Source: Deltaproteobacteria bacterium (lineage in GTDB: Bacteria; Bdellovibrionota_C; UBA2361; J135). Taken from it: a DNA stretch of 64,000 nt. The position numbers and the translations under genes were made by a program. Below the pieces are notes generated by a model that saw only the letters and a program-made list of their open reading frames with translations, was not told the DNA's origin and made no database searches. Positions 40,001 through 48,574 of the stretch are shown one piece after another. Location of the stretch: assembly GCA_020635175.1 (NCBI GenBank), contig JACKAH010000001.1, positions 6,088 through 70,087 of the forward strand. The letters are read 5' to 3'. The first letter of the stretch is position 1. The number at the start of each line of letters is the position of its first letter.

Positions 40001-41146
40001 ATGAATACGAAGAGTGATTCTCGATACAACTCCATATTGCTGCTAATTTGCTTACTTGCTCTGGGCTATAGAGTGTACGCCTGTACTGAGGTGCCTGCAG
40101 TAACCTCTGATTTGTTTAGAAATCTGGGATGGGGTTCTCATTTTTTTGAGGACTCTTTTTCTATCTATACCAAGCGTGATTTTAGCTTCAAGCCAGAGGT
40201 TTGGTCGTTCTTTGGGAATAATCTGATCTTTTTCTATCCCCCAGTTGCTGGATTTCTGTTCTGGGTTCTCTCATTTTTTGGGGCAGGGCTTTTTTGGGCA
40301 AAATTACTTTTTACAAGCTTCGATCTGATAGTGGCGTATCTCTTTAAAAGACATGTTTCACTTCTTGCTGCGACTTTGTACTTCGCAGCGCCAGCTTCTC
40401 TTTGGTACTCATCTCACGAAGGTCAGTTTGAATCGCTTCAGGTCTTAATGATTACTCTTATGATCTTGAGCTTTATCAATAAGCGTTGGCTATTCTCTGG
40501 CCTATTCTTTGCCTTAGGGTTGCAAGTAAAGTTATCGGTCCTCTTTGTTGTGCCCTGGTTGTTATACAAAATCATTGTTGAAAGAGAGGCAATTGTTCGA
40601 TTCGTGATTGGGTTTCTCGCAGGTATCCTACCATTTTTGGGTTTTTATTTAGTGGAGCCAATGCTTTTAGTTAATCCACTCAGGCAGGGGGAACTCGCAT
40701 TTAATCCATATTTTTACAATCCCTTTGAAGCATCTCGCTTTCTGTGGGTGCCTAGTTGGTTAGTTTATTCATTAGCGTTAGTCACACTTTTGATGCTGCT
40801 AGTTCCATTTGCCAGCAAAGTTAAGACAGATAACACGAAATCCTCTTGGATCTCATTATCACCTTATTATTCGTTCATCTTGTACTTAAAGTCTGCGCTC
40901 AGAGCTCAGTTTTGGTACCCACTTGTGATACCAGCATTCCTGTTTTGCATTAAAGAGAAGAAGCAGTTGGTTCATTTAATTTTAGCGCTTTATTTCTTGC
41001 TTGGAATTAGAGGAGCGCTTTTTATCTCAGGCTTTGAGTTTGGGTATAGAGAAAATCAGCAGAAGAGAGCTGTGATGCAGCAATGTTTATATAGCTGCAA
41101 CATTCAAGGTGAGCTATCTAGTTTTCTGAAGAAATTGGATCTGTAG
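40001..41146 (+). CDS. Polytopic membrane protein (GT-C/DUF2029-like), function unknown
   Basis: About ten TM helices. It is convergent with ccmE and overlaps it by 29 nt. Confidence 0.35.
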   Translation: MNTKSDSRYNSILLLICLLALGYRVYACTEVPAVTSDLFRNLGWGSHFFEDSFSIYTKRDFSFKPEVWSFFGNNLIFFYPPVAGFLFWVLSFFGAGLFWAKLLFTSFDLIVAYLFKRHVSLLAATLYFAAPASLWYSSHEGQFESLQVLMITLMILSFINKRWLFSGLFFALGLQVKLSVLFVVPWLLYKIIVEREAIVRFVIGFLAGILPFLGFYLVEPMLLVNPLRQGELAFNPYFYNPFEASRFLWVPSWLVYSLALVTLLMLLVPFASKVKTDNTKSSWISLSPYYSFILYLKSALRAQFWYPLVIPAFLFCIKEKKQLVHLILALYFLLGIRGALFISGFEFGYRENQQKRAVMQQCLYSCNIQGELSSFLKKLDL

Positions 41147-41555
41147 GTCCTTCAGGAGGTTCGTATTTTGATGGGCATTGAGTAAGCAAGCTTGAGGCCT
41201 GCAAAACGCCAGATTTAAGTTCTCCATCTATAATTACATCTCTTCCGCCTGCGAACATGTCAGGCTTTAATCCGTGATAAACGACGGGGATGCTTTTTGA
41301 ATGATCTATTTCAGTTTCATTACTTCCAGGCTCAAGTATTCTGAATTCGAGTACTATCTTCGGCTCAGTTTCGTATTTGATTTCAGATTTAGACACTCGA
41401 CCACCAACTCTAATTCTGGTCAGATCGTGATCAATATGAGCTAATAGTTCATCTGGTGTATAAACCTTGGCTGCATTTGCTTGGGTTGCTTGAAAGACTA
41501 GAAGTCCCGCTACTAAGATAGAAGCAATCAGAATGCTTAAAAATGTCTTGTTCAT
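41118..41555 (-). CDS. ccmE: Cytochrome c-type biogenesis heme chaperone CcmE, CxxxY variant
   Basis: TM anchor, then an OB-fold core RVGGRVSKSE...VVYHGLKPDMFAGGRDVIIDGEL. The heme-binding motif is CPSKY (CxxxY) in place of the usual HxxxY. Confidence 0.75.
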   Translation of the reverse strand: MNKTFLSILIASILVAGLLVFQATQANAAKVYTPDELLAHIDHDLTRIRVGGRVSKSEIKYETEPKIVLEFRILEPGSNETEIDHSKSIPVVYHGLKPDMFAGGRDVIIDGELKSGVLQASSLLTQCPSKYEPPEGPTDPISSEN

Positions 41556-41560
41556 ATCTA

Positions 41561-42991
41561 CTATTGTAAGGGTTGTATCTCAGTTACGCCAGTTAAGCGT
41601 TTAACCTCTTTAACTTTGTCCTCGATATGCGCTTCAACCCAGACGTCATCCCACCATTCTAGAGGGTTAACCGGTACGCCTTGAATCCTAATTTCATAGT
41701 AGACACTTGGTTTAAGGGCTAGGCCGCTGTCACCGACAGAGCCGATAACTGAGCCTCTTTCAACTAAATCTCCGACGTTGACCCTCATCTCATCTAGCTG
41801 TGAATATATCGTTGCTATGCCAATCCCGTGATCCAAGATAACTGTCCTACCATATGCTCCAAGCTCATCAGCAAAGAGTACTTCCCCATTGTTAGCTGCC
41901 TCAACCGGAGTGCCACGTATATTTGCAATGCTAAAACCATAGCTAATGCCTGATGCGACCTCTTTTTCCTGATAAATATAACTAGCTCTCTCTCCAAAAC
42001 GTAACTCAGGAGAACCTTTTGGAAGCACAAAAGATTGTCCCCATTGTTTCTCTTTTGGTATGTCTCGCTGTAGCAATTCGGTTATGAAATCAGAGTTTGC
42101 TTTTCTAACAGTGTTAAAGACATAACTAAAGGCGTTACTGTCGGTAGAACTAAAATCAGTAGGCTCTTCACCGATTGAGCTTTGATACTTAGAAGCAATT
42201 TCAATTGCTGAAGTTTGGACAAGATCGTCTCCAACTTCGAGCGTGACATCTTTGTAATTCCTTGCTCGGATTTTATTATAAAAAGATCCTATCTTTTCAT
42301 TTCCAACTTTATCGATTGCAAATGCATTGACATTGATAGTCTCATGTCGTTGCCTTATGTCAGCCGCATAAAGCGCTCCAAATACATTGCTTGCTCTAAA
42401 AGTTGGGTCTAAATATTGAATTGGAAACCCAGCAAAAATCTGACTACTCGACCTAACTCCTGTTAATACAAGATTTTCGTCATCAGCTTGATAGATGATT
42501 AGTTGGGAACCCCCATGATAGGCATTGTGTTGTGTAGTTAAGATGCGAAGCTTTGGTCTGTGATAATCTACAGGTAGGCTGAAACGTTTCGTGTCTCCAT
42601 TTGACCAAAAACTCTTATCAAAGACCTTGACTTCAATTGTTACCTCACCCTCCTCAAGACCACTTTCTGGACCTTGGAATGGCAAGCGGATCTTTTCAAG
42701 CTTTGTGCCCTGAAATGATTTTCTGTAAAGTTCCTGAGTAATACGGCCCTGTTCAGTTCTAACAATTACTTCATCTAATCCGGTGCCCTGATCGCTAAGC
42801 TCTATATTGATTTCAACTGGTGCAAGCCCTAGCCCTTTTACCTGATCAAGGTTTAGTATCCGTATTTTTGGTGCAAAGTTTTCGAGTACAGTTTTAGATA
42901 ACTCTTTCCAGCCGTAGTATCCCCCAACGCCTACTAAAGCTAAGATAATTATCAATACAACAAATATTGACCCCGTGCTGTCCTTTTTCAT
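41561..42991 (-). CDS. Membrane-anchored M23-family metallopeptidase (LytM/EnvC-like)
   Basis: N-terminal TM helix. C-terminal M23 domain GISYGFSIANIRGTPVEAANNGEVLFADELGAYGRTVILDHGIGIATIYSQL...GDSGLA. Confidence 0.7.
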   Translation of the reverse strand: MKKDSTGSIFVVLIIILALVGVGGYYGWKELSKTVLENFAPKIRILNLDQVKGLGLAPVEINIELSDQGTGLDEVIVRTEQGRITQELYRKSFQGTKLEKIRLPFQGPESGLEEGEVTIEVKVFDKSFWSNGDTKRFSLPVDYHRPKLRILTTQHNAYHGGSQLIIYQADDENLVLTGVRSSSQIFAGFPIQYLDPTFRASNVFGALYAADIRQRHETINVNAFAIDKVGNEKIGSFYNKIRARNYKDVTLEVGDDLVQTSAIEIASKYQSSIGEEPTDFSSTDSNAFSYVFNTVRKANSDFITELLQRDIPKEKQWGQSFVLPKGSPELRFGERASYIYQEKEVASGISYGFSIANIRGTPVEAANNGEVLFADELGAYGRTVILDHGIGIATIYSQLDEMRVNVGDLVERGSVIGSVGDSGLALKPSVYYEIRIQGVPVNPLEWWDDVWVEAHIEDKVKEVKRLTGVTEIQPLQ

Positions 42992-44049
42992 ATCGCTTCC
43001 ATCTCTATATCTAGAAACTCATCCCCGAGAGTTTCTCGCATATAGTCTTTTAACTTCTCTTTTATCTTGTTTTCAATTTGTCGAACTCTTTCCTTGCTTA
43101 AGGAGAATTGGTCAGCAAGATCCTGTAAGGTAGCCTTATTCTCTGCAAGCATTCTTTGCTCAAAAACTACTACTTCCTTTTCATCAAGTACAGCTTTGAA
43201 CGAATCTAGTGCTTCTTGAATTTTCTCGTTGATCTGCTGTTGTGCAACTAGTTGTTCAGCATTAGGTGCTCTATCAGGCAACAGGGAATGCATTGTTGCA
43301 GTACTATCCTCTGAAACTGGAGCATCAACACTCATATCAGGTGCAGATAAGCGCTGCTGCATCTCAATAACATCTTTCTCTTTTACATTGAGGTTCGAAG
43401 CTAAAAGTTTGGTAGTTGGAACAAATCCTTCTTTCTCAAGCCTCTCCTTTTCTTTCTCAAGGTTAAAGAATAATTTCCTCTGAGCTTGAGTAGTTCCAAT
43501 CTTAACTAACCTCCAGTTAGCTATGATATAGCGTATGATGTAGGCCTTAACCCACCAAGAAGCATATGAGGGAAAACGAACTTCTCTATAAGGATCAAAG
43601 TTCTTAACGGCGTCCATTAGACCAATGTTGCCCTCTTGAATTAAATCAAGAACACTCCTGGCAGCTTTCTGATATTTTCTGGCAATAGCCACTACAATAT
43701 AGAGGTTGCTTACTATCAACTTGTAGGCTGCATCCAGATCGCCTGTCTTGATATATTTAATCGCGAGTGCTTTTTCTTCTTCTTTCGACAAACGGGGATG
43801 CTGTCTGATCTCTGAAAGGTAGGCTCTAAGAGGATCGTATGGAACGACACCTCCCGGTTTTTCAGCACTCTTTCTCTTCGAGGCTTTCGTAGGGGGTTTA
43901 TCTGAATCATCGCTTTCGAGTTCGATGTCTTCGAGTTCAACCCCAACTTCCTCCTGCTCTTCGGCTGGCAGGATCTCAACATCAAGGTCCTTATTTGCAG
44001 CCTTGGTTGATTTAGATTTGGATGTTCGAGGTTTTCTTATTTTTTTCAA
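42988..44049 (-). CDS. rpoH: RNA polymerase sigma-32 factor RpoH, with a roughly 70-aa charged N-terminal extension
   Basis: Sigma-70 region 2 (YIVVAIARKY...LIQEGNIGLMDAVKNFDPYREVRFPSYASWWVKAYI). RpoH box QRKLFFNL. Region 4 HTH. Confidence 0.8.
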   Translation of the reverse strand: MKKIRKPRTSKSKSTKAANKDLDVEILPAEEQEEVGVELEDIELESDDSDKPPTKASKRKSAEKPGGVVPYDPLRAYLSEIRQHPRLSKEEEKALAIKYIKTGDLDAAYKLIVSNLYIVVAIARKYQKAARSVLDLIQEGNIGLMDAVKNFDPYREVRFPSYASWWVKAYIIRYIIANWRLVKIGTTQAQRKLFFNLEKEKERLEKEGFVPTTKLLASNLNVKEKDVIEMQQRLSAPDMSVDAPVSEDSTATMHSLLPDRAPNAEQLVAQQQINEKIQEALDSFKAVLDEKEVVVFEQRMLAENKATLQDLADQFSLSKERVRQIENKIKEKLKDYMRETLGDEFLDIEMEAI

Positions 44050-44263
44050 GGGGTTACGACGCTTAAACAGCGTAATCTTAACAGTCTCTTTAGAGCTCGA
44101 AGTATATCAAGCCTAGTCAGAAGCGCAATGTTTCTAGGAATTTGGCAGAAAATCGCCGTTTAAGATCGGAGCAGAAAATGTCGATTATGAATAAGGGATC
44201 CTGCCTTTCGAGCAGGTTAAGGGTGCTTCTAAAGCCAAGTATTAGCATAGGGGAAATCTATTC

Positions 44264-45949
44264 GTGAATTCGCAACTAGGACCCATACTGGTTGAAAAGG
44301 GATTACTAACTGACGAGCAGCTTTTAAATGCTCAACAGGAGTGCGAACTCTCAGGACGACTTCTACCTACCTGTATCGTAGAGATAGGGATGCTCTCAGA
44401 GAAGATCCTCTATGAAACTCTTTGCCAGCACTTCAATATTCCTTATGAAGATATTCGTGGTCAAAGTATAGACGAAACTGCGTTAAAGATAATTCCTCAT
44501 GAATTAGCAGTTAAGCACTCTGTGCTCCCACTTAAGCTTGATGGAGATAAGCTTAAGCTAGCAGTAGCAGATCCATCAGATACAAATGGCCTAAACGAGC
44601 TTAAGTTCATTGCAAATTGTAATTTAGATATAGTCCTAACCTCAGAGTTATCGATCCGACTTGGTCAAGAGCGGATGTATAACAAAGCTGTTCATTATGG
44701 ACGCATCATTGACAGCATTAAAGTTGAAGCGCTCAAAGAAGAAGCTGAAGCTAAGCAAAAGCCTCCAAAAATAGAGAAAGCGGAAGACGCGCCGATTATT
44801 CAGTTAGCAGATGCGATACTTTCTGATGCAATTCGCAAAAATGCTTCGGATATTCATATTGAACCATACGAGAACTTTTTTAGGGTCAGATTTCGTATCG
44901 ATGGTGTTTTGCATGAGATAATGCGTCCCCCTCCAAAATTGAAAAGTGCCCTTATCTCTCGAATAAAAGTAATGGCGAGCCTCGACGTTGCAGAGCGTCG
45001 ACTTCCTCAGGATGGAAGAATTAAGATCCATCTCAGCAGCGGAGTCTCAATGGACTTTCGTGTAAACGTTATACCAACCCTCTTTGGAGAAAAGATGGTT
45101 CTGCGTTTGCTTGATAAATCTAACTTGCAGCTGGATATGACAAAGCTTGGGTTTGAAGCAGAACAGCTTGCAGATTTCGTTGATTCAATCACAAAAACTT
45201 ATGGAATGGTTTTAGTTACAGGTCCAACAGGTTCAGGTAAAACCACCACGCTTTACTCTGCTCTAAGTGAGTTGAACAAAGTCGCGGTGAACGTATTTAC
45301 AGCGGAAGATCCTGTCGAATTTAACTTGCCAGGGATAAATCAGGTTCAGGTCCATGAGGATATAGGTTTTGATTTTACTGCAGCTCTAAGAGCATTCTTA
45401 CGTCAGGATCCAGACGTAATCATGGTCGGTGAGATTCGTGATACTGCTACTGCCGAAATTGCGATCAAGGCATCTTTAACTGGTCACTTGGTGCTTTCAA
45501 CGCTTCATACAAACGATGCACCTTCAACGATTGGGCGTCTATTAAACATGGGTGTAGAACCGTTTTTGGTCGCTTCTTCAATTAATTTGATTTTGGCACA
45601 ACGTTTAGCGCGAAAAAATTGCTCACATTGCAGAAAGGAGGTTGTCCTTCCTGCTGAAGTCCTAGAAGATCTTAATATCACCCAAGAAGAAGCCTTTGAA
45701 TGTATGTTTCAGAAGGGCCAAGGCTGCTTAAAGTGCGGAAACACAGGGTACTCTGGTCGGATAGCGATTTATGAAGTTATGCCGATGTATGAAGAGATTC
45801 GCGAAATGGTGTTACAAAGAGCTTCCGCAACAGAAATAAAGCAAAGAGCTAGCCAACTTGGGATGTTAACCTTACGTGCTTCTGCGGTGAATAGATTGAA
45901 GCAAGGGGTAACTTCACTTGAGGAGGTCTATCGAGTTACCGATAGCTAA
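44264..45949 (+). CDS. pilB: Type IV pilus assembly ATPase PilB (GspE family)
   Basis: T2SSE_N domain. Walker A VLVTGPTGSGKTTTLYSAL. Asp and His boxes. The tetracysteine motif CSHC...CLKC. Confidence 0.85.
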   Translation: MNSQLGPILVEKGLLTDEQLLNAQQECELSGRLLPTCIVEIGMLSEKILYETLCQHFNIPYEDIRGQSIDETALKIIPHELAVKHSVLPLKLDGDKLKLAVADPSDTNGLNELKFIANCNLDIVLTSELSIRLGQERMYNKAVHYGRIIDSIKVEALKEEAEAKQKPPKIEKAEDAPIIQLADAILSDAIRKNASDIHIEPYENFFRVRFRIDGVLHEIMRPPPKLKSALISRIKVMASLDVAERRLPQDGRIKIHLSSGVSMDFRVNVIPTLFGEKMVLRLLDKSNLQLDMTKLGFEAEQLADFVDSITKTYGMVLVTGPTGSGKTTTLYSALSELNKVAVNVFTAEDPVEFNLPGINQVQVHEDIGFDFTAALRAFLRQDPDVIMVGEIRDTATAEIAIKASLTGHLVLSTLHTNDAPSTIGRLLNMGVEPFLVASSINLILAQRLARKNCSHCRKEVVLPAEVLEDLNITQEEAFECMFQKGQGCLKCGNTGYSGRIAIYEVMPMYEEIREMVLQRASATEIKQRASQLGMLTLRASAVNRLKQGVTSLEEVYRVTDS

Positions 45950-45991
45950 TAGTGAAGAAGACAGTCGCGTGAAAAAAGGAGAAATGATTCC

Positions 45992-47212
45992 ATGCCTATA
46001 TATGTCTGGGAAGGTAAGGATGCTTCCGGCAAAAAACTAAAAGGCGAGATAGAGGCTAGAGATTCGCGCTCAGTATTCAACGCGCTCAAATCACAAAGAA
46101 TTACTCCAATCCCCTCAAAGATTAAAGAAAAAGGAACGGGCTTAGATAAAGAGCTGAAAGTTCCTGGTCTTGGACCTCAAGTTAAAGCCAAAGATATAGT
46201 AGTTTTTACACGTCAATTCTCAACGATGATTGACTCAGGACTTCCTATTGTACAGGCACTCGATATTCTAACTCGCCAGGCCGAGAATAAAGAATTTAGA
46301 AATATTCTCTCAGGAGTAAAGGAGACAGTCGAAACTGGGGGAACCTTATCCGATGGTATGGCTCAGTATCCTAAGATTTTTGATGAGTTGTACGTGAATC
46401 TAATTGCAGCTGGTGAAAGTAGTGGTGCGCTTGATACGATTTTAGAGCGTTTAGCGGCCCATATGGAGAAAAGTATCAAGCTTCAACGTGAAGTTAAGAC
46501 CGCAATGATTTATCCTGCAGTGGTCGTTTCAACTGCTGTTGTTGTGACGGCTGTGCTTTTAATCTTTGTAATTCCTACATTTGCTGAGATGTTCGCTGAC
46601 TTTGGTCAGGCCCTACCATTGCCTACTCAGATTGTTATTAATATTTCAAATTTCCTCGTAAATAACTGGTTCGTCATTTTTGGCTCTGCTGCTACTATAA
46701 TTGCCTTAACTGTACGGTTTTTAGGAACAGACAGAGGAAAAGAGGTCTTTCACCCAATCTTTCTAAAGCTTCCGATCTTTGGAGAACTTATTAAAAAGGT
46801 CTGCGTTGCTCGTTTCTCTCGTACGCTAGGAACTATGATTAGCTCAGGAGTGCCCCTGTTAGAAGCTCTTCAGATATGTGCTAAGACTTCAGGTAATAAG
46901 GTCGTTGAAAGAGATGTGATGCGAGCTCGTGTTGGTATCTCAGAAGGTAAATCAATTGTAGACCCACTTGAGGATTCAGATGTTTTCCCAACCATGGTTA
47001 CACAGATGATAGCCGTTGGTGAGCAAACAGGTGCTCTTGATAATATGCTTGGCAAGATTGCAGACTTCTACGAAGACGAAGTTGATACAGCTGTTAGTGG
47101 TCTTAAGCAGTTAATCGAACCTGTGATCATTGTAGTCTTAGGTGTGGTCGTAGGTGGTATCATCGTTGCGATGTACCTTCCGATCTTCAAACTTGGATCT
47201 ATTGTTGGATAG
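45992..47212 (+). CDS. pilC: Type IV pilus inner-membrane platform protein PilC (GspF family)
   Basis: Two GspF repeats and three TM helices. It lies immediately downstream of pilB. Confidence 0.85.
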   Translation: MPIYVWEGKDASGKKLKGEIEARDSRSVFNALKSQRITPIPSKIKEKGTGLDKELKVPGLGPQVKAKDIVVFTRQFSTMIDSGLPIVQALDILTRQAENKEFRNILSGVKETVETGGTLSDGMAQYPKIFDELYVNLIAAGESSGALDTILERLAAHMEKSIKLQREVKTAMIYPAVVVSTAVVVTAVLLIFVIPTFAEMFADFGQALPLPTQIVINISNFLVNNWFVIFGSAATIIALTVRFLGTDRGKEVFHPIFLKLPIFGELIKKVCVARFSRTLGTMISSGVPLLEALQICAKTSGNKVVERDVMRARVGISEGKSIVDPLEDSDVFPTMVTQMIAVGEQTGALDNMLGKIADFYEDEVDTAVSGLKQLIEPVIIVVLGVVVGGIIVAMYLPIFKLGSIVG

Positions 47213-47463
47213 GAAGGCTAGTTCTAGTTCGTAAACTGACTAGCACTTACTGGTAGGAAAAATTTCTAAAACTTCTATTCGATTCTACGCATCCTATCTG
47301 GGATCGCAGGAGTCTCTGTAGGCTATGCATTATTTGCGTAGAGTGGATAACAGATTACATAAACATCTGTATTTACTTTAAAAAACCGCACTGATTGAAA
47401 AAAGTCGATTTTTTAACTCACCGAAACAACTGGATTAGTTTAGAAAGCTAAACTTTTTTTTCA

Positions 47464-47479
47464 TGGTATCCGATTTGCT
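47464..47479 (+). promoter_or_regulatory. Candidate sigma-54 (-24/-12) promoter for the pilin gene
   Basis: TGGTATCCGATTTGCT fits the GG-N10-GC spacing of the TGGCAC-N5-TTGCW consensus. It lies about 130 nt upstream of pilA. Type IVa pilin genes are commonly sigma-54 dependent. Confidence 0.3.
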
Positions 47480-47607
47480 ACTTAGGAAGCTAATTGGAGC
47501 TTTTTTTAGAGGCGCCATGTTTCTGAAGCTCGTAAAGACGATTCTGTTTTTAAGAGTGCTACAGAACGGGAACCTCAAGGTTAACAAACTACAGTGAGGG
47601 AGTTATT

Positions 47608-47979
47608 ATGAAACGAGAACAGGGTTTTACTCTTATTGAATTGCTAGTAGTGGTAGCGATCATCGGTATTCTTGCCGCCATCGCGATTCCTCAATTCTCT
47701 GCATATAGAGAAAGAGCATTCGATGCTAGAGCTAAGGCTGACTTAGTTAACGTAGCAACTGCAGAAGAAGCGTATTTCGTTGACAACGAAGTTTACAAAA
47801 CTTGCGCGAACGCTGCTGCTTGTGTAACTGCATTGCCTGGTTTTACTGCAGCTTCTGCTGGTGTGACTATGGCTGTGTCTTATAACTCTACAAGTAGTTT
47901 CTTTACTGCGACTGCAACTCACCCAAGTGGTACATCAACTACTTACACTTGGAACAGTGCAAACGGTGGTCTTCAGTAG
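47608..47979 (+). CDS. pilA: Type IVa major pilin PilA (copy 1)
   Basis: Prepilin leader MKREQG then FTLIELLVVVAIIGILAAIAIPQFSAYRERA. 123 aa. Confidence 0.85.
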   Translation: MKREQGFTLIELLVVVAIIGILAAIAIPQFSAYRERAFDARAKADLVNVATAEEAYFVDNEVYKTCANAAACVTALPGFTAASAGVTMAVSYNSTSSFFTATATHPSGTSTTYTWNSANGGLQ

Positions 47980-48024
47980 ACTACTGCATAGTCTAGATAC
48001 GACAATGCTCACGTAGTTTCGGTA

Positions 48025-48066
48025 AGGTGCGGCTAAGATTCTTAGCCGCACCCTCCAAGTTTTTGG
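48025..48066 (+). terminator. Rho-independent terminator after pilA copy 1
   Basis: A perfect 12-bp stem ggtgcggctaag-attc-cttagccgcacc, followed by ctccaagtttttgg. Confidence 0.6.
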
Positions 48067-48151
48067 CGAAATTACGTACCGTCGATTCAGAAGAATCGGT
48101 CATTCTCATCAGCGAAGAAACAATTGTAGGGAAGCAGAAGAGTTACGCGAA

Positions 48152-48541
48152 ATGAACGAGGTTAACGTGGTGGCAGAATTAGCGGAAAAGGAGAATGGCT
48201 TTACATTGCTAGAACTCCTAGTCGTTGTTGCTATCATAGGTGTTTTAGTAGCGATTGCTATTCCACAATTTTCTGCCTATCAACAACGCTCGTTCGATGC
48301 CCGTGCTAAGTCAGACCTTATAACCTTAGCGATTGCTGAGGAGGCTTATTACACCGATAATGAAGCATATAAGGCTTGTGCTAGTACTTCTAACTGCGAA
48401 AGTATTCTACCCAACCTATCAACGTCACCTGGAGTAACAATGGCAGTTGCTCTTGGAACGGAGTTTTTTACGGCTACGGCTGCTCACCCGAAAGGCACCT
48501 CTACCTATAGCTGGAATAGTATCGCTGGCGGACTACAATAA
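48152..48541 (+). CDS. Type IVa pilin paralogue (copy 2)
   Basis: GFTLLELLVVVAIIGVLVAIAIPQFSAYQQRS. The longer leader suggests the true start may be the GTG near 48170. Confidence 0.8.
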   Translation: MNEVNVVAELAEKENGFTLLELLVVVAIIGVLVAIAIPQFSAYQQRSFDARAKSDLITLAIAEEAYYTDNEAYKACASTSNCESILPNLSTSPGVTMAVALGTEFFTATAAHPKGTSTYSWNSIAGGLQ

Positions 48542-48574
48542 CCCCACTTTTAATTTAGCTATTCAGATAATCTT

